A stretch of 64,000 nt of DNA, taken from positions 4,800,001 through 4,864,000 of the forward strand of contig OZ250169.1 in assembly GCA_965237955.1 (NCBI GenBank). The letters run 5' to 3'. The notes beneath the pieces are model-generated. The model did no database searches, was not told where the DNA came from, and saw only the letters and a program-made list of their open reading frames with translations. This DNA comes from Candidatus Marinacidobacterales bacterium. Its GTDB lineage: Bacteria > Acidobacteriota > Vicinamibacteria > Marinacidobacterales > SMYC01. The translations under genes and the position numbers were made by a program. Shown here piece by piece: positions 18,305 to 27,532 of this stretch (position 1 is the stretch's first letter; each line of letters opens with the position of its first letter).

Positions 18305-19531
18305 GTGGACTCGGATCCCAAAGCACGGGTCTTTTCAGCGGAAGCTCCGTCCGGCTCATGGACGGGTGTGTCCGACATCAAGGCATCGGGAGCTGCCGCG
18401 GCCTTCGCCGAATCGGCGTCGAGCCCATCCGCGGTTCCCGTGGTCAAAGCCGCTCGGCCGCGCAAGAAAGCGGAGCCGTCTCGTGGTCGTATCATCGCGG
18501 TGGGCGGTGGCAAGGGCGGTGTCGGCAAGAGCCTGGTCACCAGTAGCCTCGGGATCAGCCTTGCCCAGCACGGACAGAGAGTCGTCGTCATCGACGCGGA
18601 TCTCGGCGGCGCTAACCTGCACACGTGCCTCGGCCTGTCCACACCGGCACGTACGCTGTCGGACTTCATCGCCCGGCGCGTCGAGTCCATCGAGGACGTC
18701 GTTCTCGAGACCGGGGTCAAGGATCTGGGCCTCATCAGCGGCGCCCACGATCACTTGACCGCTTCCAACCTGAAGTACTTCCAGAAGACCCGGCTCTTGT
18801 CCCGGATCGCCACTGTCGATGCCGACTACATCCTCCTCGATATCGGCGCCGGCATCTCGTTCAACATCGTCGACTTCTTCCTGATTGCGGAGCAAGGGCT
18901 CCTCATCGTGATCCCCGAGCCGAGCTCGATCGAGAACGCTTATCGTTTCCTCAAGATGAGTTTCTTCCGTCATCTCTGGCGCGGGCTCAAAGCGAGTCCC
19001 GCCCGCAAAGTCGTTGAACAGGCTATGGACCAGAAGAACAACGTTGGGATTCGCACGCCGTTCGATCTGCTGGAGGCGGTCGAGCAGCTCGACGCGTCCA
19101 CAGGACAGTACTTGAAGGAGCTGGCGCTAGTCCCCTGGATCTTTGATTACTATACAAAGTTAGGCTTTTCGCCAGCCCATAAGATTCATAAGATTCATGC
19201 ACTTAGAAGGGTTTCGGCAAGCTCTGCTTTATCTAGTTTGTTCTGATACAGGGGACTAGCGTTTCGTCCTCGGCTTCTCATCAACCAGGTTCGTTATCCC
19301 GAAGACGAGCGCTTGGGTGGCTCGATGGCGATGGTTTGCCGCCGCCACCTCGGTATCGACATCGATGCCATAGGCGCCATTCCTTTCGACGAGAGCGTAT
19401 GGAAGGCGAATCGCAAGCGCAGGTCGTTCATGTTGGACTCTCCCGAATCGACGGCGGGGATCGCGCTCGAAAATGTCGCGCAATCGCTTCTGTGTCCGCC
19501 GACCTATCCTCGTCTCGCGGAAGAGATTTGA
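18305..19531 (+). pseudogene. MinD/FlhG-like P-loop ATPase interrupted by MITE copy 3
   Basis: GGKGGVGKS, IDADLGGANL, LDIGAG. Removing 129 nt at 19131-19259 restores ...KELALAFRPRLLINQVR... through to TGA at 19529-19531. Confidence 0.85.
19127..19259 (+). mobile_element. MITE copy 3 (complete), intragenic
   Basis: Identical to 2247-2379 except ttctGataca vs ttctAataca; CTAG on both sides. Confidence 0.92.
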
Positions 19532-20190
19532 TGTTCCAGCGTCTGAACGATCAGAACCACTATCAAGTTTTGGAAATTTCCTACGAGGCAAGCGCGGACG
19601 AGATCCAGTCCGCTTACGAAGTCGCGCGCGACATCTATAGTCACGACGTCCTGGTCTCCGGGTCGATTCTGTCGGAGCATGAACGCCGACGTACTTTCGA
19701 TCGGATCGCCGAAGCCTACCAGACGCTCATAGCCGAAGAGAGCCGTCGCCTGTACGACCGGCGCCTCGGGCTCACCGAGAGCTCGAACCGTCCCCTTCGA
19801 GGTCCGGTCCCGATGCACGAGCCGGTCGAAGAAGTCGTCGAGGAGACCCGGGAGTCCGACAAGTTCGACAGGGTACCCGAGGTCGAACCGGCGCGGGCAC
19901 GCGACGAGCCCCGCAAGTGCCCCATACAGCTCCGGCCATCCGAAGAGGCGAGCGGGGAGTTTCTCCGCAAAGCGCGAGAAGCGATGGGGCTCGAGCTTTC
20001 CACGATCTCCGAAGAGACGAAAATCGGTAGCTCGATGCTCGAGTACATCGAGAGCGAGCGCATCGATCGTCTCCTGGCACCGGTGTACCTGCGGAACTTT
20101 ACCCGGCAAATGGCCCGTTGCCTCGGCCTCGACGAAGAGCGAGTCTCGACGTCGTATCTGGATCGCATCCGCCAGCGGTCCAACCACTAG
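19531..20190 (+). CDS. J-domain-like plus RodZ-type helix-turn-helix protein
   Basis: NHYQVLEI...EIQSAY...IAEAYQTL...RRLYD with no HPD; C-terminal GEFLRKARE..GLEL..ISEETKI HTH; TGATG-coupled to the ATPase gene. Confidence 0.7.
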   Translation: MFQRLNDQNHYQVLEISYEASADEIQSAYEVARDIYSHDVLVSGSILSEHERRRTFDRIAEAYQTLIAEESRRLYDRRLGLTESSNRPLRGPVPMHEPVEEVVEETRESDKFDRVPEVEPARARDEPRKCPIQLRPSEEASGEFLRKAREAMGLELSTISEETKIGSSMLEYIESERIDRLLAPVYLRNFTRQMARCLGLDEERVSTSYLDRIRQRSNH

Positions 20191-20247
20191 CCCATCCAAC
20201 ACCTCCCGAGCTGTTATAGTTAGCGGCTTTAACGAGACGGAGGTGCC

Positions 20248-20955
20248 TTGTTGCCCACGCTTTCCGTGGTCATCCCGTGCTACAACGAAGTCGACACCAT
20301 CGAGGCCATTCTCGCGGCGGTGTCGGCCAGCGACGTCGAGAGCAAGGAGATCATCGTCGTCGATGATTTCTCGACGGACGGCACCCGGGAAAAGCTGCGC
20401 GAGCTGTCGGGGGGGCTCGGCACTAATGTCGCCGTCGCCGTCGTCTACCACGAGCAAAACATGGGGAAGGGCGCTTGTCTGCGTACCGGGTTCGCCCGGG
20501 CCAAGGGTGACATAGTCATCGTGCAGGACGCGGATCTAGAGTACGACCCGCGCGAGTACCCTAAGCTTCTCACCCCGATCCTCGAGGGGAAAGCCGACGT
20601 CGTCTTCGGATCCCGTTTCGCCGGCGGTGAGTCGCATCGCGTTCTCTACTTCTGGCACTACGCGGCCAACAAATTGCTCACGCTGGCCTCGAACATATTC
20701 ACCAACTTGAACCTCACCGACATGGAGACGTGCTACAAAGCGTTCCGCAGAGAGGTCATCCAGGGCATCGATATCAAAGAAAACCGCTTCGGGTTCGAGC
20801 CCGAAGTGACCGCCAAACTCGCCCGCAGTGGATGCCGCATCTACGAGGTTGGCATTTCCTACTCTGGCCGAACCTACTCGGAAGGCAAGAAGATAGGCTG
20901 GAAAGACGGCGTCCGCGCGTTGTGGTGCATTTTTCGCTACAACGTGTTTGGGTAG
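20248..20955 (+). CDS. Glycosyltransferase family 2 (DPM-synthase-like)
   Basis: [38 protein letters not shown]. Confidence 0.9.
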   Translation: MLPTLSVVIPCYNEVDTIEAILAAVSASDVESKEIIVVDDFSTDGTREKLRELSGGLGTNVAVAVVYHEQNMGKGACLRTGFARAKGDIVIVQDADLEYDPREYPKLLTPILEGKADVVFGSRFAGGESHRVLYFWHYAANKLLTLASNIFTNLNLTDMETCYKAFRREVIQGIDIKENRFGFEPEVTAKLARSGCRIYEVGISYSGRTYSEGKKIGWKDGVRALWCIFRYNVFG

Positions 20956-20962
20956 ACGTTCC

Positions 20963-20992
20963 GCCTTCAGCCATCGGCCATCGGCCATCAGC
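20963..20992 (+). repeat. GCCATCR heptamer tandem array (4 units) between convergent genes
   Basis: gccttca gccatcg gccatcg gccatca gc. Confidence 0.65.
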
Positions 20993-21896
20993 TTGATTCT
21001 AGTTTGGCGGCGATGGCGCGGATTGTCGCGGGAGTCGTGCGGCAGCAGCCTCCGATGAGTCGGGCGCCGAGATCGCGCCACTCGATGACGTGGTCGACGA
21101 TCGAGAACGACTGCTCGGCCGGGAGCCACTCGTGGCGCGTCGCGTCCCAGCCCTCACCGCTATTCGGGTAGGCAGCGAGAGGCTTGGTCGTCGCCTCTGC
21201 GGCGGAGCGGAGTAGCGCAGAGACGTAGTGAGGCGGCGTGCAATTCACGCCCACGGCGACGACCTGGGCTGACTCACCGGCGAGGCCCACGCACTCGGCG
21301 AACGGCTCGCCGTGGCAGACTTCGGTCTCGTTCCGGCAGCTGAAGCTGATCCAGGCAGGAACGTCGGGAAGCTCGTCCAGTAACGCCAGGATCGCTTCCG
21401 CTTCGACGAGACTCGGGATGGTCTCGAAGGCGACGATGTCCGGCGCCGCGCCGATGAGGACCTCGAGACGCCTGCGGTGGAAATCCATCAGCTGGTCTTG
21501 GCTCAGGCCGTAGTCGCCGCGGTACTCCGAGCCGTCGTGCAAAAAAGCGCCGTAGCAGCCGATGGAGGCGACCACGAGACCCCGGCGATGCCGACCACAC
21601 GCCCGCCGAGCGATGTCCACCGCAAGCCGCATCAACCGGCTCGCTTCGCCTTTGTCGATGCCTCGGGCGGCGAAGCCTTCGAACGTGGCTTGGTAGGTCG
21701 CGGTGGTGGCGACATCCGCTCCTGCTCGAAGGTAGTTGTTGTTGACCGCCTCGATGGCCTCCGGCGCCTCGAGGAGGAGCTTGGCCGACCACAGCGGATC
21801 GTTCAGATCGGCACCATGCCTCTCGAGCTCGGTCGCGAGGGCACCGTCGAGAAGCACGTAGCCTTTTTCCTTCACCAGCTGCTCGATCGGGTTCAT
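20988..21896 (-). CDS. mmuM: Homocysteine S-methyltransferase
   Basis: LDGALATELE, LWSAKLL, FETIP, GVNC, YPNSGE, IGGCC. Confidence 0.9.
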   Translation of the reverse strand: MNPIEQLVKEKGYVLLDGALATELERHGADLNDPLWSAKLLLEAPEAIEAVNNNYLRAGADVATTATYQATFEGFAARGIDKGEASRLMRLAVDIARRACGRHRRGLVVASIGCYGAFLHDGSEYRGDYGLSQDQLMDFHRRRLEVLIGAAPDIVAFETIPSLVEAEAILALLDELPDVPAWISFSCRNETEVCHGEPFAECVGLAGESAQVVAVGVNCTPPHYVSALLRSAAEATTKPLAAYPNSGEGWDATRHEWLPAEQSFSIVDHVIEWRDLGARLIGGCCRTTPATIRAIAAKLESS

Positions 21897-21923
21897 TGCA
21901 CGCCTATGTTAATGTGTCGCGCC

Positions 21924-23399
21924 ATGTATTTCCTCGGCTATGACTTGGGTAGCTCCTCAGTGAAAGCGTGCCTCCTCGACGCCGAGCTCGGTCGAGGGGT
22001 GGCGCGGAGCACGTACCCGGACCGCGAGATGACGATCGATGCGCCCCAGCCGGGCTGGGCAGAGCAGCACCCGGACTCATGGTGGGACGCGGCAAAAAAC
22101 GCGACCAAGCGACTCTTGGTGAGCGCCAGCATCACGCCGTCCGAGATTCGCGGGATCGGCATCTCGTACCAGATGCACGGCCTCGTCATCGTGGATGAGC
22201 AGGGGAAACCGCTCCGCCCGTCGATCATCTGGTGTGATAGCCGGGCCGTCGAGGTTGGGGAGCGCGCTGTCGAAGCGCTTGGCGGCGAGCGCTGCCTCGA
22301 AACGCTTCTCAACTCGCCCGGTAATTTCACCGCATCCAAGCTCGCGTGGGTGCGCGAGAACGAGCCCGACGTCTTCGAGCGCGTCGACAAACTCATGTTG
22401 CCCGGCGACTATTTCGCCTGGCGCCTGACCGGCCGCATGGCGACGACGGTGTCGGGGCTGTCCGAAGGCATGTTGTGGGATTTCTCGGAGAACCGTGTGG
22501 CGCAGTTCGTTCTCGAGCACTTCGGGATACCGGATTCGGTCGTACCCGAGACGGTCTCGACGTTCGGGGAGCAGGGCCGGCTCACCGACGCGGCTGCACA
22601 GGAGCTCGGCCTCGCTTCCGGTACGCCCGTCGTCTACCGCGCCGGCGATCAACCGAACAACGCGCTGTCGCTGAACGTGCTCGAGCCGGGAGAGATCGCA
22701 GCGACCGCGGGAACGTCGGGGGTCGTGTACGGCGTCAGCGATACCGTCCGCGCCGATCCGCGCTCTCGTGTCAATAGCTTCGCGCACGTGAACCACTCCG
22801 GTGACGAGACGCGGCTCGGGATTCTTCTGTGCATCAACGGAGCGGGGAGCTCGTACCGGTGGCTGCGCGAAACCCTGTCGAAGAGTTACCAGGAAATGAA
22901 CGAGAGCGCATCCGCGATTCCGATTGGCGCAGGCGGGCTTGTCGTCTTTCCGTTCGGGAATGGCGCCGAGCGTATGCTAGAGAACCGAGATCCCGGGGCG
23001 TCGCTCGCACACCTCAATTTTAATATCCACGACGCCGCCCACCTCGCGAGAGCGGTACAAGAAGGCGTCGCGTTCTCGTTTCGCTATGGGATGGACATCC
23101 TGGGGGAGCTCGGAATGCGCCCGAAGGTGATCCGCGCCGGCCGCGCGAACATGTTCTCGAGCCCACTGTTCACGGCCGCGGTGACCGGCGCGAGCGGTGT
23201 GAGCGTGGAGCTCTACCAAACCGACGGTGCCGAAGGAGCTGCGCGCGGCGCCGCCATCGGCGCAAAACACTTCACTTTGGCAGAGGCGTTCGAAGGGCTC
23301 GAGCGCGTGGCAACGATCGAGCCGGACCCCGAAAGTAGGTCCGAGTACGAGGAGGCCTACGGCCGTTGGGTTTCGGAGCTTCGGGAGAGGATGGGATGA
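21924..23399 (+). CDS. xylB: Xylulokinase (FGGY family)
   Basis: GYDLGSSSVK, ISYQMHG, IIWCDSRA, GDQPNNA, AGTSGV; xylA lies nearby. Confidence 0.85.
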   Translation: MYFLGYDLGSSSVKACLLDAELGRGVARSTYPDREMTIDAPQPGWAEQHPDSWWDAAKNATKRLLVSASITPSEIRGIGISYQMHGLVIVDEQGKPLRPSIIWCDSRAVEVGERAVEALGGERCLETLLNSPGNFTASKLAWVRENEPDVFERVDKLMLPGDYFAWRLTGRMATTVSGLSEGMLWDFSENRVAQFVLEHFGIPDSVVPETVSTFGEQGRLTDAAAQELGLASGTPVVYRAGDQPNNALSLNVLEPGEIAATAGTSGVVYGVSDTVRADPRSRVNSFAHVNHSGDETRLGILLCINGAGSSYRWLRETLSKSYQEMNESASAIPIGAGGLVVFPFGNGAERMLENRDPGASLAHLNFNIHDAAHLARAVQEGVAFSFRYGMDILGELGMRPKVIRAGRANMFSSPLFTAAVTGASGVSVELYQTDGAEGAARGAAIGAKHFTLAEAFEGLERVATIEPDPESRSEYEEAYGRWVSELRERMG

Positions 23400-23400
23400 G

Positions 23401-23559
23401 TCAACTGGTTGGCTGGAACAAGTACGTGCCGAAACGGTGGCGCCCCAGCGACTGAACGCCATCTTGGTCGGTGGCTTCGCCATCCTTGCCGCGGTCATCG
23501 CCGCGGTTGGCGTTTTCGGGGTGCAGGCGTTCTCGGTGAGTCAGCGAACCAGCGAGTAA
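23401..23559 (+). pseudogene. Fragment of an ADOP/MacB-type ABC permease
   Basis: VAPQRLNAILVGGFAILAAVIAAVGVFGV.AFSVSQRTSE followed by a stop; no start or flanking domains. Confidence 0.65.
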
Positions 23560-23607
23560 CAAACAAAAGACCCCAAGAAGCACGGTTTCCCTCCACAGCA
23601 GATCGAG

Positions 23608-25398
23608 TCAGTCAACGAGCTCGAGCCACCCGAACCACAGCGGGTGTTCTTTCTTGTACCAGGTCAGGATGTCGCGCAACGCTTGCTGGCGCTCTTCCGA
23701 GATCACTTCCGGTGGGATGCGATCGAAGTGAACGCGGATGTTGGGGCCGTCGTGATCGAGCGCTTCGGAGCACAGTGTCTGAAGCTCGTTGCGGATGCGA
23801 CCGGAGTCGGAGATCCGCACCGCCCGGTCTCGAAAATCTTCGCCCGCGAGAAAGCGCATCAGGAGCGGATTGAACACCAGGCGCGCTCTTTCGTCGTCTT
23901 CTTCGTTGCGCAGCGTGAGCTTGATGACTTTCCGGCCTTTTCTCGTGGCGAGCGCCACGGTGACCCGGTGCGTCGATGCGTCGAGCTTTTCGACCGCAGG
24001 GGAGCCGGTGTATGGGTCGGTGCACATGTACCCGCACGCCGCGAGCACGCGCCATCGCCTCTCGGGAAAGAAATCATCGGCGCGGACGACCGACCGATCG
24101 ATGGGCATGCCCGCGTCCCGTGCGGCCCGAATCGCATCGCGATACGCCTCGACCTGTTGGGCATCGAGCGGGAGGTCCTCAGTCGCGAGCCGCTTCAATC
24201 GGTCGCCGAAATCCGCAGCTTCGGGATCGAGCTGCATTACGTTGCGCTCGACATCCCAGGGAAGAGCGTACTTGGACGTGAATACCGATAACGATGCTTC
24301 CAGTCCCAGCACGGGCGCGAGGCTCGCCGCCTGCATCGCTTCCGCCGATCCCGAATAGCCGTCGCAGATAAACACGTGCCACTCACCGTCGTCGTCCTTG
24401 CGCGCACCTACCTGATAGGTCGGCGCGTAGCTGCCGGAGTCGACGAACGCTTCCATGCCCGAAGGAAGGCGATAGCCGGTTTCGACGAGATGGACGCCCG
24501 CTTCCCGCCACTCGGCCCACAGCGTGCCGAGGCGTTTTTCCCGGCTCGGGCCGGAAAGGGTCCATACATGGATGTTCTCGCGACGAATCCCAGGGTAGGT
24601 CCCTTCGATGGCCTCCGCGATCTTGGTCCGATGCGTGCGGTAATCGACGAGCATCGCGCGCTCGGCAGCGTGTTCGACCACTTCGCGAGGAAGGAACAAG
24701 TTGCCGACGTAGCCTTCATAAGGACGGCTTACCCGCAGCGGCTGATCGAAGAGATGCAACACCGTGAGCGGGCCGGTCTCTTCGCCTTGGGCAAACCGCG
24801 ACGTGTTCTCGAGCGTGTCGATGGCGGCGCTCCAGATGGTGATGCCCGAACCCAGGGCCTCATCGTAGAAGTGCTCGAAGTCGTAATCGGGATCGTTGAT
24901 CAGCCGGGCGACGCGCTCATCGACCCACTTGGCAACTTGGGGGCGGGCATACACTCGTCCGAACCCGAGCTGCGGATTCGAGCCCATCTCGGGGGTCTCG
25001 CCCGCTTTCGGCATGAGCCCTTCGCCAAGGGACACCATGATCGCGTGGTTTTCCGGAAGCTGACGGGTCGCGTACCAGAGCGACTCGCTCATCGCATACG
25101 CCGAGATCGCGTCGGCGTCTTTCTTGACTTGATTCAGCCCGGCCTTGTCGAGTCCTTTGCCCTCGCCGAACCGGCCGTAGAGCTTGGTGCCGAGCGCCGT
25201 CAGCGCCGCGGTCATAGCGACGAGCGACTCCATCCTTGCCGGTAGGAACGAAAACCGCGTACCAGGCTCTCGATGCCGCTCTTCCTCGACTTCGACGTCC
25301 TCGAGCCACAAGTGGAAGCGGCCGAGAATGGGGCTAGTATCGAACGCCCACTGAGCGATGAGGTTTTTCTTGCCTCTTTTTTCTTCCGTCGATGGCAT
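23608..25398 (-). CDS. Large divergent GlpX-fold (class II FBPase-like) phosphatase
   Basis: Colinear GlpX-like motifs KKDADAISAYAM, VSLGEG, AIDTLENT, GYSGSAEAMQAA; 596 aa. Confidence 0.6.
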   Translation of the reverse strand: MPSTEEKRGKKNLIAQWAFDTSPILGRFHLWLEDVEVEEERHREPGTRFSFLPARMESLVAMTAALTALGTKLYGRFGEGKGLDKAGLNQVKKDADAISAYAMSESLWYATRQLPENHAIMVSLGEGLMPKAGETPEMGSNPQLGFGRVYARPQVAKWVDERVARLINDPDYDFEHFYDEALGSGITIWSAAIDTLENTSRFAQGEETGPLTVLHLFDQPLRVSRPYEGYVGNLFLPREVVEHAAERAMLVDYRTHRTKIAEAIEGTYPGIRRENIHVWTLSGPSREKRLGTLWAEWREAGVHLVETGYRLPSGMEAFVDSGSYAPTYQVGARKDDDGEWHVFICDGYSGSAEAMQAASLAPVLGLEASLSVFTSKYALPWDVERNVMQLDPEAADFGDRLKRLATEDLPLDAQQVEAYRDAIRAARDAGMPIDRSVVRADDFFPERRWRVLAACGYMCTDPYTGSPAVEKLDASTHRVTVALATRKGRKVIKLTLRNEEDDERARLVFNPLLMRFLAGEDFRDRAVRISDSGRIRNELQTLCSEALDHDGPNIRVHFDRIPPEVISEERQQALRDILTWYKKEHPLWFGWLELVD

Positions 25399-25526
25399 CG
25401 GAATCGAAAGCCTTGGCAGCCTAATTAGGCGCCGAGACTATATCAGCTAGAAGCCTCCGAAGACCACTTGACCGCTGGTCGCATCCGGCCTAACCTTCGC
25501 GCTTTGAAGCATATGAGGCGTTTTCC

Positions 25527-26837
25527 TTGAAGATTGTCATCATCGGCGCCGGGGTCATGGGCCTTTCGTCCGCGCTCGATCTCCTCGAGGAAGGGCACGA
25601 CGTTTCCGTCATCGAGGCGGCGCTCTCTCCCAGCGGTATGGCGGGCTCCTTCGACTTCGGTGGAGCGCCCGCCGAGAAGTTCTACCACTTCATCTGTGGC
25701 GCGGATGATGGCTATTTCCGTTGGCTGGGTCGTCTCGGCCTCGCGAAGCGGCTGTCGTGGCGCCAAACGTCGATGTCGGTCTTCCACGGCGGACGGCTCT
25801 ACCCGTTCGGCGATGCGCTATCGCTCCTACGATTCGAACCGCTGTCGTTCAACGCGCGCGTGCGCTACGGGTTGCATGTGCTACAAGCCAAACGACTCGA
25901 CGACTGGCGTGCGCTCGAGAACGTTCCCGCGCGCGAGTGGCTGATCGAAGGCACCGGCGAGGAGTCGTACCGTGTCGTGTGGGAGCCTCTGTTGCGCCAG
26001 AAATTCGGGCCGCACACCGATACGATTTCAGCCGCGTGGATTTGGAGCCGCATCCACCGTCTCGCGAGCTCGCGCAATCGGATGTTCCAGGAGCGGCTCG
26101 GGTTTCTCGACGGCGGTACCGACGTGCTCGTGACCGCGCTCGTCGACGCGGTCCGCGCGCTCGGCGGCCGGATCGAATGTGGAGCGCCGGTCGAGCGCCT
26201 CCACCTCGATGGCGGCCGGGCAGTGGGTGTGAGCGCCTCGGGCGTGGAACATCCTGCCGACGCGGTGGTGTCCACGGTGCCGCTTTCCATCCTCACCCGC
26301 ATCGGACCCGATCTTCCGCCCGACTATGTCGACAATGCGCTCGCGCTCGACAACATCGGCGTCCGCTGCATCCTTCTCAAGCTCGCGAAACCGTTGACGA
26401 AGTACTTCTGGGTGAATGTGAACGATGACAGCCTCCCTCTGTGTGGGCTCATCGAGTACACGAACTTGAACCCCGCGGACGGCTACAGCCTCGTGTATTC
26501 GCCGACGTACGTACCCCGCACCGACCCTGAGTACGCCCGTCCCGATGAGGAAGTCCTCGAGGAAACACTCGACGCGATCGCGGTCGTCCGGCCGGAGTTC
26601 GATCGGGCATCGGTCGTCGATTACCGCGTTTTTCGCGAGCGGTTCGCTCAACCGGTGTGTCCCGTGGGATTTCAGAAAAAACTCGCCCCTTTACGAACGC
26701 CGGTGCCGAACCTCGTCGCTGCCGATACCACCCACTTGCTGCCGCACGACCGCTCCATCTCCGATAGCTTCGACCTCGCCGGCAAGTTGATGGCCGCTTT
26801 CCGCGACGCTTGTGGCGCCGTCCGTCGTGCTTCGTAG
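25527..26837 (+). CDS. FAD-dependent oxidoreductase (amine oxidase / protoporphyrinogen-oxidase-like)
   Basis: IIGAGVMGLS dinucleotide fold, EKFYHFI, ISAAWIW, AQPV. Confidence 0.8.
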   Translation: MKIVIIGAGVMGLSSALDLLEEGHDVSVIEAALSPSGMAGSFDFGGAPAEKFYHFICGADDGYFRWLGRLGLAKRLSWRQTSMSVFHGGRLYPFGDALSLLRFEPLSFNARVRYGLHVLQAKRLDDWRALENVPAREWLIEGTGEESYRVVWEPLLRQKFGPHTDTISAAWIWSRIHRLASSRNRMFQERLGFLDGGTDVLVTALVDAVRALGGRIECGAPVERLHLDGGRAVGVSASGVEHPADAVVSTVPLSILTRIGPDLPPDYVDNALALDNIGVRCILLKLAKPLTKYFWVNVNDDSLPLCGLIEYTNLNPADGYSLVYSPTYVPRTDPEYARPDEEVLEETLDAIAVVRPEFDRASVVDYRVFRERFAQPVCPVGFQKKLAPLRTPVPNLVAADTTHLLPHDRSISDSFDLAGKLMAAFRDACGAVRRAS

Positions 26838-27385
26838 AGCGGGTCTCGTTCTCGGTGTCAGGTCAGCCTGCTCGCGGCCGTGGCGGTTCGTCTCGTCAAT
26901 CCCGGCGTCTTGGAGCTAGAGCCTGGCGAGCGCGCCTTCAGCCGCGCGGTCGGCGGCGCCACGCCGAGCGGCCGCGTGCTCGAGCGGGCGCGGGTGCGCC
27001 TTGCCGGTCTGAGGCGCGCGGAGCCCGGGCAGATTCTGATCTACTTCGCCGACGAGCGCACCGAGGCTCGAGTTGGCGTCGACGGTGGAGCGCTTCGGAC
27101 CGTGCGTGCGAATCGAGACGGGGAGCTCATCGTGAGCCTCCCGCCGCGGGCGACGCCGTCCGCGACGCTCGAGCTGGTCGCGACGAGTGCACCGCTCCGG
27201 GTGCTCTCTATGACCGTGACCGCGCCGAGCTCTCCGTGGCCGCCGATACTGGCGCTCATTCTCGTGGCGCTCACCATCGCGGCGTTGCTCGATAGAGCGG
27301 AGCTCGAGATCGTCTTCGCGGTCGGGCTCGCGGTTGCGGCGATGGTAGCGCTCGGCTTTGCGACGACGCGCTTTTGGCTGCCGCT
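26827..27385 (+). pseudogene. 5' part of a GT-C membrane glycosyltransferase (5-nt duplication frameshift plus IS3 insertion)
   Basis: GTG at 26827. GTCAG is duplicated at 26857-26866; removing one copy gives MLRRAGLVLGVSLLAAVAVRLV. The frame rejoins 29003 onward once the IS is removed. Confidence 0.65.
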
Positions 27386-27532
27386 TGTTCCGCTTCAGCG
27401 GAAATGAGACTTTCTGCAAGTGACGGGTTCTCTCCCCTGCCTGGGTGAACTGCCATGGTATCGCCACCGGGAGGATAGGGCACTGCTGGGAAGCAACCCG
27501 AGCGCCCGGTGGCCGGAATACGGTTGGCATTA

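Noticed and set aside
19244-19275. Selenocysteine recoding at the MITE TGA
   Set aside because: The short downstream stem does not resemble a bacterial SECIS in spacing or loop, and the sister copy has TAA.
21477-21923. N-terminal extension of xylB in the ORF track
   Set aside because: It overlaps mmuM on the opposite strand; kinase homology starts at ATG 21924.
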